Source: Candidatus Paracaedimonas acanthamoebae (GTDB lineage: Bacteria; Pseudomonadota; Alphaproteobacteria; Caedimonadales; Caedimonadaceae). Taken from it: a stretch of 32,000 bases of DNA. Every line of letters starts with the position of its first letter. The first letter of the stretch is position 1. Location of the stretch: assembly GCA_000743035.1 (NCBI GenBank), contig CP008936.1, positions 570,001 to 602,000 on the forward strand, written 5' to 3'. The notes under the pieces were generated by a model that had not been told where the DNA came from, searched no databases, and worked only from the letters and a program-made list of their open reading frames with translations. The position numbers and the translations under genes were made by a program. Below, one piece after another: positions 6,353 to 15,311 of the stretch.

Positions 6353-6400
6353 AAGAAAGAATAAACATTTTCTTTAAAATTAGAGAGTTTATTCTTTCTT
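6353..6400 (-). terminator. rho-independent terminator downstream of paralog 2
   Basis: A perfect 14-bp stem AAGAAAGAATAAAC/GTTTATTCTTTCTT with a 20-nt loop is followed by a T-run on the minus strand, 23 nt after the stop. A weaker relative lies at 5477-5534. Confidence 0.6.
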
Positions 6401-6423
6401 CATAAGGTTAAATATTTTGAGAT

Positions 6424-6711
6424 TTATTTTGACGTCTTATTTGTTATAAAGTCTTTAATTGCTGCTACTTGTGCTTTCCCAGATGCTTTGACGCAATCAA
6501 GGGGATATTTCGCGAGTTGAAGCTCGTATTGTTGCTCTTGAACCTCATCACGGCTCGTATGTGATAAATCTTTTTTCTGCTGTAAATCTTGTATTTCGAG
6601 CATTGTTTCACGGGAGCATTTTGGTGAAGAGTCAGAAGCATTAGCTACTCCACTAAACAAGCCTAAAGTTGTCACACCTATTAAATAAGTTAGTTGAATT
6701 TTCTTAAGCAT
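6424..6711 (-). CDS. small secreted hypothetical protein (paralog 2)
   Basis: Start set at the internal ATG, which has an AAAGGA RBS. The signal peptide is MLKKIQLTYLIGVTTLGLFSGVANA|SD. The mature part has diverged from paralog 1. Confidence 0.6.
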   Translation of the reverse strand: MLKKIQLTYLIGVTTLGLFSGVANASDSSPKCSRETMLEIQDLQQKKDLSHTSRDEVQEQQYELQLAKYPLDCVKASGKAQVAAIKDFITNKTSK

Positions 6712-6733
6712 TATAGTTTCCTTTTGTTGAGTA

Positions 6734-6758
6734 AAAGATGGGACCAATTCCCATCTTT
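6734..6758 (-). promoter_or_regulatory. inverted repeat AAAGATGGGA-CCAAT-TCCCATCTTT about 35 nt upstream of the paralog 2 start
   Basis: It has perfect 10-bp arms. The core ATGGGA..TCCCAT is shared with 6003-6020. Confidence 0.5.
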
Positions 6759-6803
6759 AAAGGATACTTTGAACTCAATTAAAAATTAGTAAACAATTGA
6801 AAA

Positions 6804-7343
6804 TTAATATTTTTTTAAGAAATTTTTGAATTTCTGAGAAATTTCCCACAAAAGGAAAGTTAAAAGATATCCCAAAGTTCCTGAGGCAAATGAGACAATG
6901 AATACGCCTAAAATATAAGGTTTTCCTAAGGTCAAAGCCCAAGATATAAAATGTTCAAAAAAGGTCATGAGATGAGCTATTTCTAATTTAAATTCTGGCA
7001 ATGTGAGAAGTTGAGGGGCTTCGTTAAGAACAAAAAGGCCGACCTTATAAAGAAAGTAATTAATGGGGATGAAGGTAAAAGGATTATTGATCCATGTGAG
7101 TGCAACAGCAACAGGTAGGTTGGTTTTAAAATAAACGCAGAGCAAAGAGGCCCACAAGATTTGCAATGGGATGGGTAAAAAGTTCACAAAAAGCCCAATA
7201 GCAACACCACCTGCAACGTTATGTCGGTTAAGTTGACCAAGTTCTTTGAAAGAGAAGCGTTGGCAGTTTTTTGTTTTTAGTAAAGTATGCTTCCTAAACC
7301 ATTTTGCATTGGACACCCATTTTTGAAAAGATGTATGAATCAT
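6804..7343 (-). CDS. DUF2062-family membrane protein
   Basis: 179 aa. GGVAIGLFVNFLPIPLQILWASLLCVYFKTNLPVAVALTWINNPFTFIPINYFLYKVG resembles the DUF2062 core, recalled from memory. Confidence 0.6.
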   Translation of the reverse strand: MIHTSFQKWVSNAKWFRKHTLLKTKNCQRFSFKELGQLNRHNVAGGVAIGLFVNFLPIPLQILWASLLCVYFKTNLPVAVALTWINNPFTFIPINYFLYKVGLFVLNEAPQLLTLPEFKLEIAHLMTFFEHFISWALTLGKPYILGVFIVSFASGTLGYLLTFLLWEISQKFKNFLKKY

Positions 7344-7501
7344 TAAATGTTCTTCATTTTTTTAAAGTTATATTTTCACATAATAGCCTAGAGATTATTA
7401 TAGGTAAGAGTCGTTTCTGTTTTCTTAATAATTTAGCTGCGTTAAGGAAGGTTTTACGATTTTTAGGGTATCGTTGTTTTATCAAAGAAAAGGAATTTGA
7501 G

Positions 7502-8371
7502 ATGAAAACAACGAAAATCGTGTTAGCACTAGCGTCGACACTTGTATTAACTCAAAGCGTCTTGGCCTCAGACATAGGATTAATGACACCTTCTGAGCAT
7601 TTGAAAGTAATATTTGAAAAAGGCGCAGACAACAGTAAGAAGCCTAAAGATATTCCTCAAATTCTAGAGGATTTTAAAGGAAAGCACACGAAAGAAGAAA
7701 CACAAGCTCTTTGTAAAGAAATTAAAGATTCAAGTTTTTATGCAAAAGCTCAAAAAGCTGGCGTAGGGATACTTAAGAATAGAGCGATGGTGACTTGGTG
7801 TGAGGGGGCGACGTTTGAAAGAGCAAAGCTCGGAAAAATTGTTCAAAAAGAAAAAGCACCAGAAGTAAAGCGTGAAATAGTCAAGCTTAAGCCTGTTAAC
7901 CTTGGTGAAAAAGGGCAGAGTGTTGAAGGTGAACAGCAACAATTGGATCAGGCCGAAAAAATAATATCAGAAAATTTAGTCGCTTTGAAACAAGATAAAC
8001 ACTTAACTATTGAGCAGCAGAAGAAAACAGAAGCGCTTACAATTCGCCTAGAGGAGGCAAAGAAAATATTAAAAGAATCTCAAGAACATTATGATAATTT
8101 ATCTGTTGCGATTGTGAGTCTGCGGGAAGATTTAAAGCATTTTAGTTTTCGACATTTTAAACCAAAAGCACATGAAAAAAGCACACCTGAAGTATATTTA
8201 GATGCTCTAAATCAATCTTTGACTAAAGAACATGAGCATATTCTTGATTCACAGTCAAAAGACCAATTAACACAGGCAACGAAGTTACTCAAACAAGCGA
8301 ATGAGAATTTAGCAAATGCCCGTAAAGATTTGGAAGCTATCAACAGAGAGATGCTGGAATTAACACATTAA
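7502..8371 (+). CDS. secreted coiled-coil hypothetical protein
   Basis: I trimmed the ORF-track start to the ATG giving signal peptide MKTTKIVLALASTLVLTQSVLA|SD. The C-terminal half is rich in K/E/Q heptad-like sequence. No family recognised. Confidence 0.6.
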   Translation: MKTTKIVLALASTLVLTQSVLASDIGLMTPSEHLKVIFEKGADNSKKPKDIPQILEDFKGKHTKEETQALCKEIKDSSFYAKAQKAGVGILKNRAMVTWCEGATFERAKLGKIVQKEKAPEVKREIVKLKPVNLGEKGQSVEGEQQQLDQAEKIISENLVALKQDKHLTIEQQKKTEALTIRLEEAKKILKESQEHYDNLSVAIVSLREDLKHFSFRHFKPKAHEKSTPEVYLDALNQSLTKEHEHILDSQSKDQLTQATKLLKQANENLANARKDLEAINREMLELTH

Positions 8372-8399
8372 TAACATTTTATTCTGTTCATAAAAAAGG

Positions 8400-8427
8400 A
8401 GAGATGAGGGACATCAACCTCATCTCT
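8400..8427 (+). terminator. hairpin terminator after the coiled-coil gene
   Basis: A 10-bp stem AGAGATGAGG/CCTCATCTCT with an 8-nt loop starts 29 nt after the stop. The T-tract that follows is weak. Confidence 0.5.
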
Positions 8428-8548
8428 TGACATTTTAGTCCTGCATTTCGTCTCATTAAGAAAGCTTCAAGCATACAGTTGCCTTTTTTGTTTGATTTGG
8501 GATCAAAATTCAATGATAATAAATTATATTAACAGAAAGGGTATAATA

Positions 8549-9115
8549 GTGGAGCGATGCGTATGGGCGGTAAAGACGTCTTATGAACAGGACTATCACG
8601 ATGATGAATGGGGAGTGCCTCAGCATGATGACCGAATTCTTTATGAATTTCTCATTCTTGAAATGGCGCAGGCTGGCTTAAACTGGCGAACGATTTTACA
8701 AAAACGGGAAAATTATCGCAAAGCCTATCATGGATTCGATCCTTTAAAGGTTGTAAGCTTTGGAGCGCAAGAAGTTGAGCAGATGCTTTTGGATCCTGGC
8801 CTTATTCGTAATCGAGCAAAAATTGAGGCGTCAATTATTGCGGCAAGCATTTTCCTCGAAATTCAAAAGGAACATAGCAGTTTTTCAACGTATCTTTGGA
8901 ATTTTGTTGATGGAAAACCCATCCATAATCATTGGGCATCCTTGAGTGAGGTTCCTGTTACGACACCTTTGTCAGAACAGCTCAGCAAAGATTTAAAGAA
9001 ACGCGGTATAAAGTTTTTTGGGCCAACCACAGCGTATGCTTTTTTGCAGGCAATTGGGGTGGTCAATGATCATGTCGTGACGTGTTTTCGTCACCAAGAG
9101 CTTATGAAGTTATAG
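8549..9115 (+). CDS. tag: DNA-3-methyladenine glycosylase I
   Basis: [57 protein letters not shown] is collinear with E. coli Tag (MERCGW...YHDNEWGVP). I chose the GTG at 8549, which has a GAAAGG RBS. In-frame ATG codons further upstream (8513) and a TTG codon at the ORF-track start (8492) are alternatives. Confidence 0.85.
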   Translation: MERCVWAVKTSYEQDYHDDEWGVPQHDDRILYEFLILEMAQAGLNWRTILQKRENYRKAYHGFDPLKVVSFGAQEVEQMLLDPGLIRNRAKIEASIIAASIFLEIQKEHSSFSTYLWNFVDGKPIHNHWASLSEVPVTTPLSEQLSKDLKKRGIKFFGPTTAYAFLQAIGVVNDHVVTCFRHQELMKL

Positions 9116-10502
9116 GGCCGATCATCGACGCTGGTTGGACCCAAGAGTTAAACTGCTCCGCAGTCAGATAACCAAGGCTGAGGGCGGCATCTTTGAGCGT
9201 CGTTCCTTCATAATGAGCTTTTTTGGCAATCTGCGCGGCTTTATCATATCCAATATGCGGATTCAGGGCGGTGACTAACATCAAAGACTCATACAGAAGT
9301 TTATGAATGCGATCTTCATTTGCTTGAATGCCATCAACACAATGGTCAACAAAACTATGGCAGGCATCATTGAGCAATTGAATCGATTGCAAAATGTTAT
9401 AGATGATAACGGGTTTAAATACATTCAGCTCAAAATGTCCGTTTGAACCTGCAATGGTGATGGTAGTGTGATTGCCCATCACTTGCGCACACACCATCGT
9501 GAGAGCTTCGCATTGAGTTGGGTTAACTTTGCCGGGCATGATAGAAGATCCAGGCTCATTCTCAGGCAAGCTGAGCTCACCAAAACCACAGCGAGGACCA
9601 GAGGCTAAGAAACGAATATCATTGGCAATTTTCATGAGGGCAATGGCAAGCGTGTTTAAAGCGCCTGACATCTCAACGAGGGCATCATGGCTGGCTAATG
9701 CCTCAAACTTATTGGTAGCCGTAATGAAGGGAAGGCCTGTTAAGGCAGCAACTTCTTCGGCAAATTTTTGAGGAAAAGTGGGAGGACAGTTTAGACCCGT
9801 CCCCACAGCAGTACCCCCTTGAGCTAGTTCGTAAAGGCTGGGAAGCGCGCGCTTGATTCTTTCGATGCTTTTTTGAATTTGAGCTGTATAGCCTGAAAAT
9901 TCTTGGCCTAGAGTAAGAGGGGTGGCATCTTGAAGATGCGTGCGACCAATTTTAATGATGTCTTTAAACTGAACCGATTTATTCTTAAAGCTGAGAAAAA
10001 GCTTTTCTAAAGAGGGTAAAAGCATGTGATGAATCTCAAGCACCGCAGCAATATGCATAATCGTCGGAAAACTATCGTTTGATGATTGGCTGCAGTTGAC
10101 ATGATCATTGGGATGAACCGGTGTTTTGTTCCCAATCATCCCGCCCAAAAGCTCAATCGCGCGGTTGGCAATGACTTCATTGGCGTTCATGTTGGTTTGG
10201 GTTCCTGAGCCGGTTTGCCACACAACAAGAGGAAAATGGTCATTCCATTGACCTTCCATGACTTCTGTGGCGGCTTTAATAATCGCCTCAGCAATTGTTT
10301 TCTCAAGCTTGCCTAGACGCATGTTGACGGCAGCTGCGGCCCTTTTTTGTAGGCCAAAAGCACGGATAACAGGAAGCGGCATACGCTCGGTACCAATCTT
10401 AAAATTTTGAAATGATCGTTGTGTTTGCGCGCCCCAATAACGTGACGCCTCAACTTCGATAGAACCAAAGGAGTCAGTTTCGGTGCGTGTTTTTGAGGAC
10501 AT
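9102..10502 (-). CDS. fumC: class II fumarate hydratase
   Basis: 466 aa with the [16 protein letters not shown] signature and a typical FumC N-terminus. Its 3' end overlaps the convergent tag gene by 14 nt. Confidence 0.95.
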   Translation of the reverse strand: MSSKTRTETDSFGSIEVEASRYWGAQTQRSFQNFKIGTERMPLPVIRAFGLQKRAAAAVNMRLGKLEKTIAEAIIKAATEVMEGQWNDHFPLVVWQTGSGTQTNMNANEVIANRAIELLGGMIGNKTPVHPNDHVNCSQSSNDSFPTIMHIAAVLEIHHMLLPSLEKLFLSFKNKSVQFKDIIKIGRTHLQDATPLTLGQEFSGYTAQIQKSIERIKRALPSLYELAQGGTAVGTGLNCPPTFPQKFAEEVAALTGLPFITATNKFEALASHDALVEMSGALNTLAIALMKIANDIRFLASGPRCGFGELSLPENEPGSSIMPGKVNPTQCEALTMVCAQVMGNHTTITIAGSNGHFELNVFKPVIIYNILQSIQLLNDACHSFVDHCVDGIQANEDRIHKLLYESLMLVTALNPHIGYDKAAQIAKKAHYEGTTLKDAALSLGYLTAEQFNSWVQPASMIGPITS

Positions 10503-10597
10503 GAAAGCTTCCTTGCATAAAAATTATAGATCGATATTATCATATGTATTTAAAGGAAAACAGTTTGTTATCTAAAGGAAATAAGCGAGAGTTCTTG

Positions 10598-10633
10598 CTA
10601 AAGATTAGAAGGTTAAATCCTTCTAGTCTTTAG
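10598..10633 (-). terminator. 15-bp stem hairpin just downstream of the small F-box gene
   Basis: CTAAAGATTAGAAGG-TTAAAT-CCTTCTAGTCTTTAG has one mismatch. There is no clear T-tract, so terminator function is tentative. Confidence 0.35.
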
Positions 10634-10650
10634 CTTTCCTAAGCAGATTT

Positions 10651-11058
10651 TTAGAAATTACCATCGACAATTTGTTGTGCGTGATGTTTAGCTTCTTTAA
10701 ATTCTTTTTTGCTAACTAGGTTAGGAACAGGGTTAGCGGTCATCGCCGCAACTTTATGTGCGAGAGCTTCGACTTCACCAAAATCAAATTCCATCTTTCG
10801 ACAAAATGTATAAAGATCTTTACCTTTGTGGTTCTTATTCAACTTACCCACAGGACTATTTTTATCACACGCAAGACGATGAAATTCCCGGGAAACTTCT
10901 AGTCTATTTCCAAGTTGGCTTGGGGTCAGAAAACTAAAAACTTCAAGCGTCATTTCATCTGGTAAACCACTCGCAGAGGTTACGGCATATGAAGATAGCG
11001 TAAAGGGATTAAGAAGGGGTAGAAGATTGGTCATAAGCATTAAGCTTTTGATTTTCAT
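10651..11058 (-). CDS. small F-box-like protein with signal-peptide-like N-terminus
   Basis: LPDEMTLEVFSFLTPSQLGNRLEVSREFHRLACD fits the F-box consensus (LPdEil..I.s.L....L.....VsK.w..L). The N-terminus is the hydrophobic MKIKSLMLMTNLLPLLNPFTLSSYAVTSA. Confidence 0.65.
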   Translation of the reverse strand: MKIKSLMLMTNLLPLLNPFTLSSYAVTSASGLPDEMTLEVFSFLTPSQLGNRLEVSREFHRLACDKNSPVGKLNKNHKGKDLYTFCRKMEFDFGEVEALAHKVAAMTANPVPNLVSKKEFKEAKHHAQQIVDGNF

Positions 11059-11179
11059 ATAAAACTCCTTTGAAAATTAAAAAGTAGAACTTTAAGTAAG
11101 TTCATTATAATTTACCCTGCTTACGCTTAAAAATAAGTTAAAGGTTTGTATTTATATTTTTTACTGAGAAAATAGTTTT

Positions 11180-11632
11180 ATGGATGCACAAGAATTTTCA
11201 TTTTTCCAAATTGCCTTCCAAGAAGCACAGCAAGCTGCTATTGCAGACGATGTGCCTGTGGGCGCTGTAATTGTCTTGGAAGGGCAGATTATTGCGCGCT
11301 CAGGCAATCGTGTTGAGCGCAACCATGATCCTACAGCTCATGCCGAAATTCTAGTCATCCGTGAAGCAGCAGCACTTCTTAAAACACCGCGTTTAGTAGG
11401 ATGTGATCTTTATGTGACCCTGGAGCCGTGTGCGATGTGCGCTCAAGCAATGGCGCATGCACGCATTAGATGTCTTTATTATGGAGCTTATGATCCTAAA
11501 GGAGGCGGGGTTGAGCATGGTTCACAAGTATTTTCTCAAAAGACGTGTCATCATCGTCCCAAAGTGACTGGAGGACTTCGGGAACAAGAATGTGGCCAGC
11601 TTTTGAAGGAATTTTTTCAGGCACGCCGGTAA
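11180..11632 (+). CDS. tadA: tRNA adenosine(34) deaminase
   Basis: 150 aa with the CDA zinc motifs HAE (HAEILVIREA) and PCAMC. Confidence 0.9.
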   Translation: MDAQEFSFFQIAFQEAQQAAIADDVPVGAVIVLEGQIIARSGNRVERNHDPTAHAEILVIREAAALLKTPRLVGCDLYVTLEPCAMCAQAMAHARIRCLYYGAYDPKGGGVEHGSQVFSQKTCHHRPKVTGGLREQECGQLLKEFFQARR

Positions 11633-11710
11633 GATGTTGGAAATTTCTTTTTAAGCTTTCGGCCTATACGTGTGTGAGGTAGGGAGTACAAAAAAGAATT
11701 TAGTCATTTA

Positions 11711-12388
11711 TTAAAAAGTAAGAGTGCCACTATGTAGTTGAATTGTGCGATCCATTCGTTTTGCAAGCTCTGGGTTATGTGTGGCAATCAGCGCAGCCAT
11801 TTTATGTTTGCGCACAAGCCCAACAAGCTCATTGAAAACAAGCTCAGCCGTTGCTTCATCAAGATTCCCAGTAGGTTCATCAGCTAACAGAATTTTCGGT
11901 TGATTAGCAACAGCTCGTAAAATAGCCACGCGTTGTTGTTCTCCGCCTGAGAGGCGAGAAGGGCGGTGAGTTGCGCGGTTTCCAAGATTAAAGCTTTGAA
12001 GCAGGCGATTGGCATGGATCTCGGCTTCATTTGTTGAGCATCCCGCAATGAGTTGAGGCAACATAATATTTTCGAGCGCATTAAATTCTGGTAAGAGATG
12101 GTGGAATTGATAAACATAACCAATCATGCTGAGCCGTAAAGCAGTTCTCTCGCGATCATTCATCTTTCCGCAGGCATTACCTGCAATATAAACCTCGCCC
12201 TTTGAAGGAAATTCAAGTAACCCAGCTAATTGAAGCAACGTTGATTTTCCAGAGCCAGATGACCCCACAAGGGCGATAATTTCGCCGGCATTAAGGCTAA
12301 GATTAACATCGTTAAGAACGTTTAATCTTTGATCACCTTGAATAAAAGTGCGTTGGACATTTCTAAGCTCAAGAACAGGATTACTCAT
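11711..12388 (-). CDS. lolD: lipoprotein-releasing ABC transporter ATP-binding protein
   Basis: Walker A GSSGSGKST, ABC signature LSGGEQQRVAILRA, Walker B ILLADEPT. The start ATG at 12388 overlaps the upstream permease stop (ATGAGTAA). The ORF-track start at 12412 is an in-frame upstream alternative. Confidence 0.85.
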   Translation of the reverse strand: MSNPVLELRNVQRTFIQGDQRLNVLNDVNLSLNAGEIIALVGSSGSGKSTLLQLAGLLEFPSKGEVYIAGNACGKMNDRERTALRLSMIGYVYQFHHLLPEFNALENIMLPQLIAGCSTNEAEIHANRLLQSFNLGNRATHRPSRLSGGEQQRVAILRAVANQPKILLADEPTGNLDEATAELVFNELVGLVRKHKMAALIATHNPELAKRMDRTIQLHSGTLTF

Positions 12389-13628
12389 AACGAAGGGCCT
12401 CCACAGGATCAAGGCGGGCGGCTCGCCAAGAAGGATATAATGACGCTAGGAAAACAAGCAGTAAAGCAATAGAGACCACTGTTATAACTTCATAAGGATC
12501 AACCTTTGAAGGGAGTTTCGTGAGAAAGTACACCTCAGCACTAAAAAGTTGAGTTCCAGAAAGATTTTCAAGCCACTGCCGAATGGATTCAATATTCGAT
12601 GTAATTAATAGGCCAAGTAAGCTTCCTGTTGCTGTTCCAATGATCCCGATTAAAGAGCCTGCGAAAAAGAAAATGCGCATAATCATGCTTTGACTTGCGC
12701 CCATGGTTCGTAGGATAGCAATATCGTGAGTTTTATCCTTCACCAGCATAATCATGCTCGAGATAATGTTAAAAGCGGCGACAAGAACGATAAGTGTTAG
12801 AATGGTAAACATTACATTGCGCTCAACTTGAAGAGCAGTTGTAAAGCTCGAGTTTGCGCGTTGCCAATCAATAACACGAACGCTAGGGCCTAAATTCTGA
12901 TTAAGGAGGCGGCTTATATATGTTGCTTGATCGGGATGATGAAGAAACACTTCAATGCCATTGACCGCCTCAGGAAGACGAAAGAAGTTTTGAGCTGCTT
13001 CAAGAGGAATGAACACAACACTACCATCATACTCTTTCATACCGACATCAAAAATAGCAACGACCTGAAAGCGGCGAATGCGTGGGACGGTTCCAAACGC
13101 TGTGCTTGTCCCCTCAGGTGCAACAAGAGATAAGCTATCACCAGGGAAGAGATGATATTTTTCGGCGAGCCTCTTGCCTATAATAATGGCATTTTCCTGG
13201 TCAAAATGATCAAGCGTCCCATGAGTGATATGATCTGACACAAGTTTACGATCAAGAAGATCTTTAAGGCGGAGTCCATGCACGAGGGCGCCAGACGCCA
13301 TGCCTTTATTGGTAATCATGACTTGAGACTCAATCATTGGTGTCGCAGTAGCAACTTCAGGAATATTCTTAAGTTCGGTCACAAGATGGTCAAAATTCTT
13401 GAGGCCTTCACGATAAACAGAAGCGACACCAATGTGTCCATTAAATCCTAAGATCCGATTGAAAAGATCCTCGCGAAAACCATTCATCACAGACATCACA
13501 ATAATAAGTGTGGCAACGCCCAGCGTGATCCCCAAGAAAGAAAAACCTGCAATAACAGAGAGAAAACCTTCTTTTCGGCTAGGCTTTAAATAGCGCAGAG
13601 CAACTTTCAGAACAAAGGTATTTGCCAT
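12381..13628 (-). CDS. lipoprotein-releasing system permease, LolC/LolE family
   Basis: 415 aa with MacB/FtsX-type topology and the N-terminal ALRYLKPSRKEGFLSVIAGFSFLGITLGVATLIIVMSVMNGF typical of LolC/E. It is translationally coupled to lolD. Confidence 0.9.
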   Translation of the reverse strand: MANTFVLKVALRYLKPSRKEGFLSVIAGFSFLGITLGVATLIIVMSVMNGFREDLFNRILGFNGHIGVASVYREGLKNFDHLVTELKNIPEVATATPMIESQVMITNKGMASGALVHGLRLKDLLDRKLVSDHITHGTLDHFDQENAIIIGKRLAEKYHLFPGDSLSLVAPEGTSTAFGTVPRIRRFQVVAIFDVGMKEYDGSVVFIPLEAAQNFFRLPEAVNGIEVFLHHPDQATYISRLLNQNLGPSVRVIDWQRANSSFTTALQVERNVMFTILTLIVLVAAFNIISSMIMLVKDKTHDIAILRTMGASQSMIMRIFFFAGSLIGIIGTATGSLLGLLITSNIESIRQWLENLSGTQLFSAEVYFLTKLPSKVDPYEVITVVSIALLLVFLASLYPSWRAARLDPVEALRYE

Positions 13629-13630
13629 TC

Positions 13631-14932
13631 TTAATGACTCAATTGTTGCACGAGGTAGGAAAGCGCGGAATCAATTGAGAGTTCTTGCATTTCTCCTGTG
13701 CGACGATTTTTAAGCTCAATAAGGCCTTTTTTAAGACCTTTTGGACCGACCCGTAATTGCCAAGGAGCCCCCATTAAATCCATTGTCGCGAACTTCGCGC
13801 CAGGTCGTTCTTCACGATCATCATATAGAACACTTATCCCTTGATTTTGTAGGGTTTCATAAAGATGGCTACAAGTCTTTGTTGTCGCTTCATCATCGGT
13901 ACGAATGCTAATAAGCCCAACTTTAAAGGGCGCCACGCCCTCAGGCCATATGATGCCTGCATCGTCATGATTGGCTTCAATGATGGCACCCACAAGGCGA
14001 GAGATACCAATGCCGTAACTGCCCATATGCGGGATAATCATATTGCCTGTGGGGCCGCTAACTTTCATATTAAAAACCTCAGAATATTTCGTGCCAAAAT
14101 AAAAGATATGTCCTACCTCAATGCCACGCGCTTGCTTAAGTTGTGCTTCAGGAACACTACATTCTTTAGGGTTATGGAGGGTTTCTTCGGCAGCATAAAT
14201 ATTCATCAATTGACCCACATCAATGTTCTTGGGATCTTGGAGCAACTTATCAAGTTTTTGATCATAATAAATAAGGCTTTCCCCTGTGGATGCTAAAACG
14301 TGAAATTCTTGCGAGAGATTTCCCCCAATGGCGCCAGGATCAGCCTTGACAGGAATGGCGGTGAGCCCCATGCGAATAAATGACTTTACATAGGATTCAA
14401 GCATGAGTTGATAAGAGCGAAGTGCGCCTTCATAATCAATATCAAAAGAATAACAATCTTTCATTAAGAATTCGCGGCCTCGCATCACCCCAAAACGGGG
14501 GCGGATTTCATCGCGGAATTTCCATTGGATCTGGTAAAGCATTTTCGGAAGATCGCGATAGCTTTTTATATGATGAGCTGCAATGTCGGTGATGGCTTCT
14601 TCGGCAGTTGGTGTGTAAAGGATTTCGCGTTCATGACGATCTTTAAAGCGAAGCATTTCTTGACCATAAGCATCATAGCGACCAGACTGCCGCCAAAGAT
14701 CTGCGGATTGAATGGTCGGGAGAATGACTTCTTGCGCACCGGCGCGATCTTGTTCTTCACGGACAATGCGTTGAATGTTCTCTAAGACACGCGTTGCCAT
14801 TGGTAGCCATGCATAAATCCCAGCACTTGTTTGATAAATCATTCCAGCGCGCAGCATAAGGCGGTGCGAGACAATTTGAGCTTCTGAAGGCGTTTCCTTC
14901 AGGGTGGGCATAAAATATTGAGAAAGAAACAT
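13631..14932 (-). CDS. proS: proline--tRNA ligase (short form lacking the large editing insertion)
   Basis: 433 aa. The N-terminus [27 protein letters not shown] and class II motifs ([21 protein letters not shown]) are present. Confidence 0.95.
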   Translation of the reverse strand: MFLSQYFMPTLKETPSEAQIVSHRLMLRAGMIYQTSAGIYAWLPMATRVLENIQRIVREEQDRAGAQEVILPTIQSADLWRQSGRYDAYGQEMLRFKDRHEREILYTPTAEEAITDIAAHHIKSYRDLPKMLYQIQWKFRDEIRPRFGVMRGREFLMKDCYSFDIDYEGALRSYQLMLESYVKSFIRMGLTAIPVKADPGAIGGNLSQEFHVLASTGESLIYYDQKLDKLLQDPKNIDVGQLMNIYAAEETLHNPKECSVPEAQLKQARGIEVGHIFYFGTKYSEVFNMKVSGPTGNMIIPHMGSYGIGISRLVGAIIEANHDDAGIIWPEGVAPFKVGLISIRTDDEATTKTCSHLYETLQNQGISVLYDDREERPGAKFATMDLMGAPWQLRVGPKGLKKGLIELKNRRTGEMQELSIDSALSYLVQQLSH

Positions 14933-15311
14933 TTATTTACTCTTGTGTGGTTCTATTTCCGGGCGTAATTCTCGCAGATTCTCATCCAAACGCAAAGAGG
15001 AAATTTTTGATAGTAAAAGTGAGACAGAAGTGTAAAAACTTAAATTTTAAGCTATAAAAAAATAATATAAGAAAGTAGGTCTAAAACAATATCAAATATA
15101 AAAATAATTTTAATCCTTAATTTTTTAATATCAAAAAAATTTATTTATTTTTCTATTATATATTTAAATCTATTAATTTTATATATAAATTTATAAATAA
15201 TAGAAGCATTAGATAGATTGATTTATTGTTGGTATGGTTTCTTTTAAGCTTTTAAAGGCCAATCTTGATGTCCTCAATGCCCTGCATAAGCACCTTAACC
15301 TAAATAAACAG

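Noticed and set aside
13865-14296. Antisense or alternative-frame ORFs inside strong genes (for example 13865..14296, 12927..13133, 17288..17599, 20787..21257, 20828..21088, 23621..24149, 25204..25629, 26151..26435, 27534..28308, 29948..30446)
   Set aside because: Each lies wholly within a confidently identified conserved gene on the other strand or in another frame. They have junk-like composition and lack RBS context.
15040-15230. Extremely AT-rich tract as a possible replication origin or DNA unwinding element
   Set aside because: I saw no DnaA-box-like 9-mers (TTATCCACA or its complement) in or near it, and no dnaA, dnaN or hemE-type origin-flanking genes. It more likely represents the proS promoter region or an island boundary.
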